Shown: piece by piece, positions 29,921 to 39,216 of the stretch
Numbering within the stretch: position 1 is the first letter of the stretch
How the letters are laid out: each line of letters starts with the position of its first letter
The notes under the pieces: generated by a model
Seen by the model: only the letters and a program-made list of their open reading frames with translations
Database searches by the model: none
What the model was told of the DNA's origin: nothing
Origin: Candidatus Gaiellasilicea maunaloa
Lineage (GTDB): Bacteria > Actinomycetota > Thermoleophilia > Gaiellales > Gaiellaceae
DNA: 64,000 nt
Assembly (NCBI GenBank): GCA_024330215.1
Contig: JANDLU010000008.1
Span: 1,022-65,021 of the forward strand
Reading direction: 5' to 3'
Translations under genes and position numbers: made by a program

Positions 29921-30115
29921 CGAGCGATTTCTGCGTAGTCGTTGCGGCCATCGGTTTGCCGGCAAACGATCCTCTCAAATGGGATCTCCATGTGAGGAAG
30001 AAGTGGGCGCGGCTTGATTCGCGGCAATGAGGCTCCCTCAAGTGCCTCGTACCTGATTGATGCTCGGGTCCGCGCGCGGGTGGCCGTGCGAGCCGTCGAG
30101 CGAGCCAGCAACGGG

Positions 30116-31447
30116 CTAAGGGGACTCTGGGACTTCGCCAAGCAGGTCGAGTAGTCCCAGCGCAACGCCGAACCTCCACGCTACAAGCTGAATCTGCTGG
30201 AAGCGATCCATATGGCGACGCTTCACGTCGCCCATCGCGATCCCGGCCAGTTGATAAATCTCGCGGAGATGCTCGAGCCGGTTATGCGTTGGCTGCTCGT
30301 AAACGTAGCTGCGCAAAGCAGCGAAAGCCTGGTGCTCGCCAACAAGACCAAGTGCCGTGTTCGTCACGCGATTGTCAGGGTCTTGGAGTGAGATCGGCTC
30401 GTCATCCGTTCGGAGCCGCTGCTGCCGGACTGCTTCGAGTCCCTCGTTCATGAGCTTCTCCGCGCGGTTTCGGTCGAGCGCGTCCCACGACTCGGCCTGA
30501 ACGAAGGCGTAGGCGACGCCGAACACTTCGAGGATGTCTTCTGCCCATCGCTTCTGCTCCTTGTCGTTTACGAGCCGCGAGAGCAGATTCGCCCCCGCGG
30601 TCGTGACGAGCGGCGACGGTCGAGGACGTTCTGCGCTCATCAGAAGGTTGTTCGCGGCCTCGTTGTAGGCCTCTTGGTCTCGGAACAGTTCGGCGTTCAG
30701 AACGGGTGCCACGCCCCTGCGAACGTCTGGTTCCGATTTGTCCTCTAGTAGTGGGAGCGTTTCCTCCAACGTCTTCCGGTCATCATGCTTGTGAAGCGGC
30801 GCGTCCTGTTCTCCAAGGGTGTGCTGTTTGGCATCCTCGGCGAGCGTAAGTCGGCGGCCAACCTCTAGTACTCGGTGGGCTTGGTCGTTTCCGTGGGCTA
30901 ACAGACCCAGGTCGTACTCGTCCAGCGCTTCACCGAACCGTCCGATCCGCCGCAGGACGTCTGCGACGACGGCGTGCCCTGTCTTCCGGTCCGGGCAACC
31001 TAGCGAGCGATCGCCCGATCGTCGGAACCGCTCAAGCGCGCGTTCGCGACACAGAGCCGAGCCAGCTAGGTTTTCTTCATCGTCGCAGGCCCATGCGGCC
31101 CGAAGCGCGAGCCAGCCGCCCTCCGCGGTTCGGCGGTCTGCCTCCGCGATTGCCGCAGCCGCGAGAAATCTTGCCGCCAACTCCGGGACGTTCTGGCTCG
31201 TAACGGTCGATCGATACTTTTCCGACTTCACCACCTGACGGGCCCCTAGGCTCGCCTCCGCGATGGTCCAGGACGTGTATGAGCACACGGGACACGTCTG
31301 AATTTCGTACTCGAGCGCCCAACGCGCTGGTCCCTGAGGTCGGCCGTCAAGGTCTTGGCCGAAAGAGGTGGTACTCGCGAGTGCCAGTTGGACGCTCGAC
31401 TTGCCACAGACCCCACACACCACGTGCGCTTCTTTAGCGGTCGTCAA
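30116..31447 (-). CDS. DUF2225-like zinc-ribbon protein with a helical (TPR-like) region and an uncharacterised C-terminal half
   Basis: Two CxxC pairs, 'CGVCGK' and 'CPVCSY', ~38 aa apart at the N-terminus, followed by helical repeats. Its start overlaps the stop of the upstream gene by 4 nt. Confidence 0.6.
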   Translation of the reverse strand: MTTAKEAHVVCGVCGKSSVQLALASTTSFGQDLDGRPQGPARWALEYEIQTCPVCSYTSWTIAEASLGARQVVKSEKYRSTVTSQNVPELAARFLAAAAIAEADRRTAEGGWLALRAAWACDDEENLAGSALCRERALERFRRSGDRSLGCPDRKTGHAVVADVLRRIGRFGEALDEYDLGLLAHGNDQAHRVLEVGRRLTLAEDAKQHTLGEQDAPLHKHDDRKTLEETLPLLEDKSEPDVRRGVAPVLNAELFRDQEAYNEAANNLLMSAERPRPSPLVTTAGANLLSRLVNDKEQKRWAEDILEVFGVAYAFVQAESWDALDRNRAEKLMNEGLEAVRQQRLRTDDEPISLQDPDNRVTNTALGLVGEHQAFAALRSYVYEQPTHNRLEHLREIYQLAGIAMGDVKRRHMDRFQQIQLVAWRFGVALGLLDLLGEVPESP

Positions 31448-32412
31448 ACTGGGGCACCGCGGTTGAGGACGTCGCGCTCGACGAACCTGGCTCGTAGGGC
31501 CATCGACAGAAGAAGGTTGCTCAGAATCCCCGGCCGATAAATCAGGTTGGGTAAGTACGCGTGAAACGTGACGTGCGGAGGATCATCGGGGGACAAGCAC
31601 CAACTTCCGACGAAGTGAGCGCGCGTGAACGAGGTGAGCTCAAGTGTGTTCAGTTGGAAAACGCGCTGTGCGGCGCCCACGCGAGGAAGCCCGCCGGGAA
31701 GCTTGAGCGTCAATCTCAGCCCAGCTCCGTATCTAGGGTGACCCTCATCGGTTTCGGCTTCGAGAGTGCACACGCCATCTCCGAATGGGAGCTCAGCGAC
31801 CAGTCTCCCTAGGTCTGAGGTCGCTCGGCTTGCCGCAGTTCCGAGTAGGAAGTCCGCTGCTTGCTGCATCTCATCACCACGGAAACGGGAACCGCCGGCT
31901 CGAAGGGGTAGATCGTCGACGACAGCCAGCATGTCATCGGGCTCGGCGCGACCGCCACTGGTCGGGTGCATACTCGACGCCCTTTCCCCGCGCACTAGAT
32001 CCGCAAGTTCGGTGGCCAGCGCGTGGGCATCGGCTGCCTGCAGCGCAGCGCTGAGCGAGAAGAGCGGTGCGACCCACTCGCCGTTGTCCTCATTGACGTA
32101 CAGGCTCGTTGCTAGCTGCAAACGCGTCGGGTCCGCGGGATCGCGCCCGATTGCGGAGAGCCCTCCCAGAGCGTTCAAGTGGGAAAGCACCTCCAATGAG
32201 CCTCGCTCGTCCACGAGGCCTGTCACCAAGTCAGTACGGGCGTGAACGCGCCAGACCGTGATTCCGTCGTCATCGAAGGCAGTCTCAGCCCAGATGGACT
32301 GAGCCAGGTCGTGCCCCCACCACGTGAACCCACGCTCGTGATCGACGCACCACTCGTCATCGACGTGAAGCTGGGCGTACACCGCTTCTACGGTTCTCAG
32401 CCCCAGATCCAT
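31444..32412 (-). CDS. hypothetical protein (322 aa), first gene of a two-gene operon
   Basis: Protein-like composition. 4-nt overlap with 30116-31447. No motif recognised. Confidence 0.55.
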   Translation of the reverse strand: MDLGLRTVEAVYAQLHVDDEWCVDHERGFTWWGHDLAQSIWAETAFDDDGITVWRVHARTDLVTGLVDERGSLEVLSHLNALGGLSAIGRDPADPTRLQLATSLYVNEDNGEWVAPLFSLSAALQAADAHALATELADLVRGERASSMHPTSGGRAEPDDMLAVVDDLPLRAGGSRFRGDEMQQAADFLLGTAASRATSDLGRLVAELPFGDGVCTLEAETDEGHPRYGAGLRLTLKLPGGLPRVGAAQRVFQLNTLELTSFTRAHFVGSWCLSPDDPPHVTFHAYLPNLIYRPGILSNLLLSMALRARFVERDVLNRGAPV

Positions 32413-32523
32413 CCTTCAGCCCTCTCTTGGCATTGAGGTACCTTTGACCGGCCCCCGTTTGTCGGTCCAGTCGTTATGAGAGTCGGGGTGTGTTCCTTTC
32501 GGGTTGTTTGTTCTTGTCCGGCG

Positions 32524-33471
32524 TCACGAAAGTGGCAGGGTTTCGGGCTCGGTTGAGTTGGTGGTCTGAGGATCGTTGCATGCTTCGAGGTGGACGTCGA
32601 GCGGCCGGCGCATGCCGATCGCCTGGTGTGGCCTGGTCCGGTTGAAGAGCTGCCGGTAGGCCTCGACTTCGAGGCCGAGCTGGTGGCCGTCGTCGATCTC
32701 CTGCCGGTACAGGTGCTCGTACTTCAGCGAGCCGAACGCCCTCTCACGGACGCCGTTCTGGCCGGGCGATTTGCGGCGGGTGCGGATGTGGATCAGCTCC
32801 GGCCTACGGTCGATGTAGGCGGCGAAACGGACCGATTTGAAGCAGGGCCCGTTGTCGGTGACGACGGCGATCGGCCGGATCTCACCGCTCACCGGGTCGG
32901 CGAGCAGCTCGCGGAGCGGCCGTCCAGTCAGGGCGTCGCTCTCTCGGATCGCCTGCTCGAGCGTCTCGATCGCGTCGCGGTGGTTCTGCGTCGTCGAGAC
33001 GTGCCAGCCGAGCTCGAGCTTCGACCAGTAGTCGGCGGTGCCGCCGATCCGCCAGGTGCCGCCGCAACTTGTTTCGAACTCGGAGAAGTCGAGCTGCCAG
33101 ACCTGGTTCGGCCCCGAGGGCGGCACCACGAACGCCGCCCGGCGCGCCTGCGCGTGCTGACGCCTTTCTGCCTGATAGTCGACCGGCTGCACCCGCCCCG
33201 TGCGGCGCAGCGCCCGCAGCACCGTCGAGTCCGGGCCACGGTGACCGTCGATCCGCATCAGCTCGGCGACCTTGCGGTGCCCCCAGGCTGGAAAGCGATC
33301 CGCATACTCGATCGCGACCGGCTCGACCCGATCCTGGGCCGGCGCCGGCCACGGCCCCTTCACCGGCCGACCCTGGCGCTGCCGCTGTTGCCAGCGCCGA
33401 TAGGAGCGCTCCGGCACGCCGAGCAGCCTGACGAAGCGGGCTGTCGAGATGTCGGCCTCGAGGCGGATCAC
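32524..33471 (-). CDS. IS3-family transposase OrfB (DDE integrase core)
   Basis: 'VWQLDFSEF' (D), 'AVVTDNGPCFKS' (D), 'QNGVRERAFGSLKYE' (E). GTGA overlap with orfA. Confidence 0.85.
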   Translation of the reverse strand: MIRLEADISTARFVRLLGVPERSYRRWQQRQRQGRPVKGPWPAPAQDRVEPVAIEYADRFPAWGHRKVAELMRIDGHRGPDSTVLRALRRTGRVQPVDYQAERRQHAQARRAAFVVPPSGPNQVWQLDFSEFETSCGGTWRIGGTADYWSKLELGWHVSTTQNHRDAIETLEQAIRESDALTGRPLRELLADPVSGEIRPIAVVTDNGPCFKSVRFAAYIDRRPELIHIRTRRKSPGQNGVRERAFGSLKYEHLYRQEIDDGHQLGLEVEAYRQLFNRTRPHQAIGMRRPLDVHLEACNDPQTTNSTEPETLPLS

Positions 33472-33788
33472 CTCGAGGTCCTCGTAGGCCCCAGCCTGTG
33501 CTCGGCGCTGCGCTTCCAGACCCGCAGCTCGACGTGCGCCTCACCCAGCGCCGCCTTCAGCTCCTCGACCTCATCCAGCAGCTGCCGCTCACGCGCGTTC
33601 GGGCCTGGCTTTCCGTGCTCGGCGAGACCCTGCTTGCCGCTCTCGAGAAACAGCCGCTTCCAGTTCGAGATCGACTGCTCCGACGCCTTCCCGCGCCGCG
33701 CCGCCTCCGCGACCGACATCTCGCCACTGATGACTGAGACGACGAGCCTGAACTTGTCTTCAACAGAGAAAACAGAAGGACGTGCCAT
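33468..33788 (-). CDS. IS3-family transposase OrfA (HTH plus leucine-zipper-like)
   Basis: 'SVAEAARRGKASEQSISNWKRLF' HTH followed by a coiled 'RERQLLDEVEELKAALGEAHVELRVWK'. Confidence 0.8.
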   Translation of the reverse strand: MARPSVFSVEDKFRLVVSVISGEMSVAEAARRGKASEQSISNWKRLFLESGKQGLAEHGKPGPNARERQLLDEVEELKAALGEAHVELRVWKRSAEHRLGPTRTSR

Positions 33789-33834
33789 GCAGAGCTCCCT
33801 TCACGAGGAGCCCGACAAACTAACCCTCATGCCA

Positions 33835-34019
33835 GATTTCGTGACGCGAGACATTACCGAATCGCAATCACGCAGTCGCGCCACCACCCCGCCGCCCGCG
33901 CCTACCTCGAACGCAAACAAGCCGAAGGCAAGACGCGCCGCGAAGCGATCCGCTGCCTCAAGCGACTGCTCGCCCGCACCGTCTTCAACACACTCAAAGC
34001 GAGCCCCGCCTTGACATAG
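33835..34019 (+). pseudogene. 3'-terminal remnant of an IS110-family transposase gene, truncated at the IS3 boundary
   Basis: One frame reads '...RIAITQSRHHPAARAYLERKQAEGKTRREAIRCLKRLLARTVFNTLKASPALT*', the characteristic C-terminal tail of IS110-type transposases. No upstream part of the gene is present. Confidence 0.6.
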
Positions 34020-34042
34020 GAGCAACACTGGCGCAAGCGACG

Positions 34043-34060
34043 CTAGATGATTGATGCCAC
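34043..34060. repeat. IS982-family left terminal inverted repeat
   Basis: CTAGATGATTGATGCCAC is the exact reverse complement of 35007-35024. Confidence 0.85.
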
Positions 34061-34137
34061 GGGGTTCGTGGCGGCCAGGGAGCATGGGGAGGGGTCGAAG
34101 TCGGCGTTGGTAAGGCAACGTCGACCTGGAGGCCACG

Positions 34138-35307
34138 ATGCGCGCCGACCTCGACCTGCTCTGTATCAGCGTCTACTGCACGGCGGACGACCTTCTCCCG
34201 CCCAAGCAGGGCAACGGGCGGCGGAAGCTGACCGATGCGGAGATCGTGACGCTCTGTGTCGCCCAGGTTCTGATGGGGGTCACGAGCGACCGACGGTTTC
34301 TGCGGGCAGCCCGCCGCCAACTCGGACATCTGCTTCCCCTCCTGCCGAGCCAGGATGCTCTGCACAAGCGGCGGCAGCGGCTGGCCGACACGATCGAGTG
34401 GCTGATCGGGGTGTTCGTCGCCCAGAGCCCAGGATCGAGCGATGATCTCGTGCTGCTCGACTCGACCCCGGTCGAGTGCGGCCGCTCCCTGGAAACGACC
34501 CGCCGCTCCGATCTCGCCGATGTCTGCGGCTACGGCTACTGCAAGAGCCACTCGCGCTGGTTCTGGGGAATGAGGCTGCACCTGCTGTGCGCCCCCGACG
34601 GCACCCCACGCGCTGCGACACTCGTCTCCGCGGATCGTTCCGAGCGCGAGGTCGGCTTGGCCCTGCTCGCCCGGACGCTCAACGGAGGCGAAACGATCGT
34701 CTGCGACAAAGGCTATGCCGGCCGAGAGTTCGAGCAGGCGGTCAGCGAGCTCGGCGGCCTGATCGTGCGACCCGCCCGCAAGGACGAGCCCGACAGCAGC
34801 GTTCAGCTGGCGCCGATCCGGCAACGAATCGAATCGGTCTTCCTCACCTGCAAAGACCTCCTCAGCCTCGAACGCCACGGAGCCCGCACCACCCGCAACC
34901 TCCGGGCGCGGATCGCGACCCGCCTCCTCGCGCTCGCCACCTGCATCCAACTCAACCACCACCTCGGACGACCCAGCCGAGCCATCGCAATACACCGCCT
35001 GACCCGGTGGCATCAATCATCTAGACCCCGGGCTAGTCGGCGCCCTCGTCGAACGCGACCTCCGCGCGTCAGCCGCTACCGTCGGCCAGACTGTCTCGCG
35101 GGTCGAGCGCGCGCCTGGTCGGAACGCGTTGGTCTCCCACGGCGAGACGGTCATTCGCTTCAGTACGGCCGTCGCGATCGCCGCGAGCGCGACCGGGCCG
35201 GACGGAGGCGTCTTCTTCGCGGACGACCTGCGCAGCTAGTCCCGCGCCGCCGGCGCTATCTTCGAAATTGTGCCGAACGTTGCCACCGACTCGGAGCAAT
35301 GGTTTGA
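34138..35307 (+). CDS. IS982-family DDE transposase. The frame has no stop inside the IS and reads through the right IR into flanking DNA.
   Basis: 'LVLLDSTPVEC' (D), 'TIVCDKGYAGREFE' (D), 'RIESVFLTCKD' (E). About 295 codons lie inside the element. Codons beyond 35024 are Arg-rich read-through. Confidence 0.8.
   Translation: MRADLDLLCISVYCTADDLLPPKQGNGRRKLTDAEIVTLCVAQVLMGVTSDRRFLRAARRQLGHLLPLLPSQDALHKRRQRLADTIEWLIGVFVAQSPGSSDDLVLLDSTPVECGRSLETTRRSDLADVCGYGYCKSHSRWFWGMRLHLLCAPDGTPRAATLVSADRSEREVGLALLARTLNGGETIVCDKGYAGREFEQAVSELGGLIVRPARKDEPDSSVQLAPIRQRIESVFLTCKDLLSLERHGARTTRNLRARIATRLLALATCIQLNHHLGRPSRAIAIHRLTRWHQSSRPRASRRPRRTRPPRVSRYRRPDCLAGRARAWSERVGLPRRDGHSLQYGRRDRRERDRAGRRRLLRGRPAQLVPRRRRYLRNCAERCHRLGAMV
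35007..35024. repeat. IS982-family right terminal inverted repeat
   Basis: GTGGCATCAATCATCTAG is the exact reverse complement of 34043-34060. Confidence 0.85.
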
Positions 35308-36079
35308 CGAGTACCTCGTCGAGCACGGCTACACGTATCTCGTGGAGCCCGACCTGGGCGTGCAGAGGCGCCCCGATCGGCTGACCGCTCGGGCGTCGAA
35401 CGAGGCTCTCTGCGAGGTCAAGGAGTTCACGACCGATGCGATGAGGCGGCGCTTCCCGAGCGGCGAGTCTCACGCCGGCGTGTTCGGCGCCGAGGAGTGG
35501 TTCTTGACGGTCCGTCGGACGATCTCCAGCGCCGCGTGGCAACTCGAGCCGCTTGCCGCTGACGGTCGTCCGCTCGTGATCCTGCTCGCAAACCCGCTCG
35601 GCGTGGGCGTGCCACTGGACTCGGACGAGCTGATCCAGGCGATGTACGGCGACCTCACGCTCAACTTCGACGTCAGCCGGACTACCGGCGCGGCGGTCTC
35701 AGAGCCCGCCTGGCGCGCCGGCGCGAACGGTCGGCTTGCCGACGGCCAGGCACCCTGGGTTAGCGCCGTCGGGCGGATCCGCCGCCGTGACCGCGAGCTC
35801 GAGTGGCAGCGAGAGTGGATCGTGAACTGGAAGACGGAGCATGAGTCCGAGACGTCGGAAACGTATAACGATGCGTTCCGACTTTGGCAGACGTACACCG
35901 CAGAACTTGAGCGCGCGAAGGGGGCGTTGGACGTCCCGACCGGGGTGTACTTCAGCGTCGACATGATCGAGACGATCGGCGACACCGCCGTGCGGCTCCC
36001 CTCCGACATGTTCGACGGCGACGGCGATCGGAGGTGGGCGTTCGATCCCGAGCTGAGCGCGCTCGTGCGCGTCCGGTAA
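35270..36079 (+). CDS. hypothetical protein with an N-terminal PD-(D/E)xK nuclease-like motif
   Basis: 'EYLVEHGYTYLVEPDLGVQRRPDRLTARASNEALCEVKEF' gives E...PD...(E)VK spacing typical of restriction-endonuclease-fold proteins. The remainder is unrecognised. Confidence 0.5.
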   Translation: MPNVATDSEQWFDEYLVEHGYTYLVEPDLGVQRRPDRLTARASNEALCEVKEFTTDAMRRRFPSGESHAGVFGAEEWFLTVRRTISSAAWQLEPLAADGRPLVILLANPLGVGVPLDSDELIQAMYGDLTLNFDVSRTTGAAVSEPAWRAGANGRLADGQAPWVSAVGRIRRRDRELEWQREWIVNWKTEHESETSETYNDAFRLWQTYTAELERAKGALDVPTGVYFSVDMIETIGDTAVRLPSDMFDGDGDRRWAFDPELSALVRVR

Positions 36080-36162
36080 GGCAAGCCGATTGCCGCCGCG
36101 TCACGCTTCGCTCAAGGTGCAGGTCGCTCGCAGTTCGAGTAGGTCGATCAGTCGTGCTGCGG

Positions 36163-36193
36163 CAGGCCTCGATTCACTCGATGACGAGGCCTG
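36163..36193 (+). terminator. stem-loop downstream of 35270-36079 (possible intrinsic terminator; no clear U-tract)
   Basis: Perfect 9-bp stem CAGGCCTCG (36163-36171) / CGAGGCCTG (36185-36193) with a 13-nt loop. Confidence 0.4.
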
Positions 36194-36232
36194 TCGTTGT
36201 GGCCCAGCCGTCGGTAACGCTTCGGGAGTGGC

Positions 36233-37081
36233 TTGGTGCTGCGCGTGGCCGATCGGCGCCTGGCTGACTACTCTCAACTCGTGATTCCGCACACGCGTTA
36301 CGGGCGCCGTGCTCGTCGCGCCGACGGTTCTGCCTTCGCGACAGGCGCCGCCGGACGGCCGCTTAAACTCGTCGTGGACGACGATACCATTCTCCCGGAC
36401 GAAGTCTCTTTGCTCAAGACTTTCACCGAGCAGCCGGAGGTAGAGGTGTGGCGGAGCGCCGCCGGCGCGTATCCGCGCTTTGAGATCGGCGACACGTTCG
36501 AAACACCCTTCCCTGTGGGTGGTGCGCTATCGATTTACACGCGGAGAGAGGGTGGGGGCGCTGGGGTCTTCGGTGTGTATGGCACGGATCTCCTGCGGAC
36601 ACGGGCTGAGGCGTTGGCGGCCGAGACCGAGGTGTTGCCGGACGATGCGTTCAAGGCGCTCGTGATGGCCGCCGCCAGCGATGAAGCGGATGCCGACGCG
36701 TTCGTAACCCGCCATCCGTTACTTCTCGACGCGGATGATGCGCGCAGTCCGATCTCGGTTACTCCGGCCGATGCAATGGCGCTCGTCGGTCTTTCAATGC
36801 GCGTGAACGGCAACGAGTCGATCGGCGGCGACCTTATGGACCTCAGGCTAAAAGGGCGGACGTTTCACTTCATCCTCGCGCGAGATCTATTGCGCTCAGG
36901 GTGGCGCTGGTTCAGTGGCTGTGTCGCGAGCGGGGTTGCCACGAAGGACGATTCGATCGTCTATCTCGGTCAGGCAGCACACGAGCGGTTCCAGCGGGTG
37001 TTGCAGATCCGAGACCGGCTTCACGCACTCGCGAAGCTCGAGCCGACTCCGAAGACGTGCCCCGTCAAAGTGGTGGGATGA
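36233..37081 (+). CDS. hypothetical protein (282 aa; start uncertain)
   Basis: Mostly protein-like ORF with no recognised motif. The first ~30 codons are Arg-rich, so the true start may be later. Confidence 0.4.
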   Translation: MVLRVADRRLADYSQLVIPHTRYGRRARRADGSAFATGAAGRPLKLVVDDDTILPDEVSLLKTFTEQPEVEVWRSAAGAYPRFEIGDTFETPFPVGGALSIYTRREGGGAGVFGVYGTDLLRTRAEALAAETEVLPDDAFKALVMAAASDEADADAFVTRHPLLLDADDARSPISVTPADAMALVGLSMRVNGNESIGGDLMDLRLKGRTFHFILARDLLRSGWRWFSGCVASGVATKDDSIVYLGQAAHERFQRVLQIRDRLHALAKLEPTPKTCPVKVVG

Positions 37082-37225
37082 CATGTTCAGCTGGGAGATT
37101 CGCCAGCGGGTTCGGCTGCTCGGCGGCATCTAGTACTGACACACGCGTGGTTGCCGCAGGGCGGTCGACCTACCGGCTCACACCGAGCGCTCCGATTGAG
37201 CTCCCGTCTTCTTTGTCCGATTCCC

Positions 37226-37972
37226 TTAGTAGCCGGCGGAAGAGGTGCTCGATCTCGACAAGATCGTCAGCCAGCAAGACCGTTCCGACGACATCGCGCC
37301 GCACAGGTAACTCTCGTATGAGTCACGCTGCTTCGGGCGTTGCTCCTTCTCGGTCGGCGGGACGACTGCATCAGCAGCTCGCCACTTCCAGCGCGGCTCA
37401 GCGCCGATGCGCCAGTGGCGGAGCTCTGCTACCGGGAGGGGGCCGTAATGGAGCAGCTTCCCGGCGAGCCACCGCAATCCATGAAGCTCACCACGCTGCA
37501 GATACTGGCCCTTGGGGACGAGCGCGAGCGTCCAGTCGGAATGGGCCTCGCCGGTGTGGTTGCGTCGCGCCGCTGCTTCGGTCAACTCGGCGGGTGGAGA
37601 CGTCAGCCCCGCTACATACTCGTCAGTTGCTTGCGAAGCGCGTTGCCGCACCAAATGCGTTACTGCCTTCTCCCAGACATACGCCGTCAACTCGTCAAGC
37701 CCCCGCAGCCACGCGAGCATCTCGGTAAGCGCGACGGACAGAGAAGTTGCAGCGAAGTCATCCCCGCGCCGTGCGGCCTCCGCTACACGTCCGCTGGCCG
37801 TGTCGACCGCATAGATCGTCAGCTTCACGCGCTCGAACAGTTCGGCCCGCGTGTCGAACCCGGTCGCAGCGAAGCCGAACGGAGATGGCTCCATCGGCTT
37901 CCCCTGCGCGACGACCGCCTCGGCCTTCACGAGCAACTCCGCGCGGCGAGCCTCGTCCTGCGCGTGTGGCAT
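37226..37972 (-). CDS. hypothetical protein (249 aa from ATG 37972)
   Basis: ORF-track frame 37226-38161. The N-terminal 63 codons are Cys/Arg-rich and unlikely to be real. 'MPHAQDEARRAELLVKAEA...' onward is protein-like. No motif recognised. Confidence 0.4.
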   Translation of the reverse strand: MPHAQDEARRAELLVKAEAVVAQGKPMEPSPFGFAATGFDTRAELFERVKLTIYAVDTASGRVAEAARRGDDFAATSLSVALTEMLAWLRGLDELTAYVWEKAVTHLVRQRASQATDEYVAGLTSPPAELTEAAARRNHTGEAHSDWTLALVPKGQYLQRGELHGLRWLAGKLLHYGPLPVAELRHWRIGAEPRWKWRAADAVVPPTEKEQRPKQRDSYESYLCGAMSSERSCWLTILSRSSTSSAGY

Positions 37973-38191
37973 CCGTCTGCATGCGAGTCGCAGGCGGACG
38001 GCACGGCCCGGCGACGTAGGCATACATCCCTTCGTGAACTCGCCGAAGGAGAGCCTCCGCGATGTCGTTCGCCTGTCAAGCGCTACCTCGCCCGCCACTT
38101 CGCCGCACGCTCGACAACCCGAGCATCTGACGAGCCTCAGGAGGAGTTGTCTCCTTAACATGAAATAGAATTCCCCACGAAGCTCAGAACG

Positions 38192-39142
38192 GTGGATATA
38201 CTTTCCCTCGTGGCCACTCGCCTTTCGGCTTCCTCCGTTGCTGCGCCCCAGAAAGGGCGTAGCCGGCGAGCGACGTCAAAGCCAGACCGCGCGGAGTTCG
38301 TGGCAGGAGCCGCTCGCGCAGCCATCCGTGCGGCCGTGCCGACACTGCAGCCGGCCGATGCGCGAGTGGTTGGAGTCATCTTGGATGATCCTGTCAGTGC
38401 CGTCTATCTGACGGTGACCGAGGTTGCTGCGCGCGCCGGTACGTCGGCATCGACGGTGGTCCGGGCGTGCCAAGAGCTGGGGTTCCGCGGGTTCCACGAG
38501 CTCAAGTTGGCGCTTGCCCGGGATCTCGGCACAGCGTCGGGCCCTACGCGCGACATCACCGAGACCGACTCTCCGGGCGATGTCCTTCGCAAGGTGCTCG
38601 CCGCTGATGCAGACGCAATCGGGGGCTCCCTTGCGACGGTGGACGAGACAGCATTCGAGTCCGCCGTGGAGAGGCTCGACGCGGCGCAGTCGGTCCTCTT
38701 TGTGGGGGTTGGCACGTCGGCTCCCCTCGCACAGGACGCCGCCTATCGCTTCCTGACGATTGGAATCAATGCCCAGGCACCGGCGGACGTCCATGTCCAG
38801 CATGTGGCGTCCCGCATGCTCAAAGCAGGAGATGTCTGCTTTGCGATCAGCCACACGGGGTCGACGCGCGAGACAGTAGAGGCAGTCGCGTCCGCTCGCG
38901 AGGCCGGGGCCACAACGATCGCGATCAGCAGTTTCTTCCGGTCGCCGATCGCGGACGTCGCCGACCTGCTCCTCGTCGCGGGTGGCGTCGAGCACTCGTT
39001 CAGGATCGAGGCGATGGCCAGCCGCATCGGGCACTTGACCGTGCTCGACGCGCTCTTCGTCGCCGTCGCCATGCGTCGTCCCGACAGCGCACGCCAGGCA
39101 CTCGAGGAGGTAGGACGGACACTCTCCGCCCACCGGTACTAG
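38192..39142 (+). CDS. MurR/RpiR-family transcriptional regulator (HTH_6 plus SIS domain)
   Basis: 'LTVTEVAARAGTSASTVVRACQELGFRGFHELKLAL' HTH. SIS-like 'VLFVGVGTSAPLAQDAAYRF' and 'FAISHTGSTRETV'. The true start is probably downstream of 38192. Confidence 0.8.
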   Translation: MDILSLVATRLSASSVAAPQKGRSRRATSKPDRAEFVAGAARAAIRAAVPTLQPADARVVGVILDDPVSAVYLTVTEVAARAGTSASTVVRACQELGFRGFHELKLALARDLGTASGPTRDITETDSPGDVLRKVLAADADAIGGSLATVDETAFESAVERLDAAQSVLFVGVGTSAPLAQDAAYRFLTIGINAQAPADVHVQHVASRMLKAGDVCFAISHTGSTRETVEAVASAREAGATTIAISSFFRSPIADVADLLLVAGGVEHSFRIEAMASRIGHLTVLDALFVAVAMRRPDSARQALEEVGRTLSAHRY

Positions 39143-39216
39143 ACGCTCAGCAGCTCGTGGCGCCTGCCGGTTCGCTTTTGCCTGCCCTCAGCAGGCTGGC
39201 GGACTCGATCTCGGTC

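Larger units (their letters stand above)
32445..33834 (-). mobile_element. IS3-family insertion sequence (boundaries approximate, about +/-20 bp)
   Basis: orfA/orfB pair. The ends start TG... and end ...CA. Only a subterminal GTTTGTCGG is shared in inverted orientation, so the ends are poorly defined. Confidence 0.6.
34043..35024 (+). mobile_element. IS982-family insertion sequence (982 bp)
   Basis: Perfect 18-bp terminal inverted repeats, CTAGATGATTGATGCCAC (34043-34060) and GTGGCATCAATCATCTAG (35007-35024), flank a single DDE transposase ORF. Confidence 0.8.
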
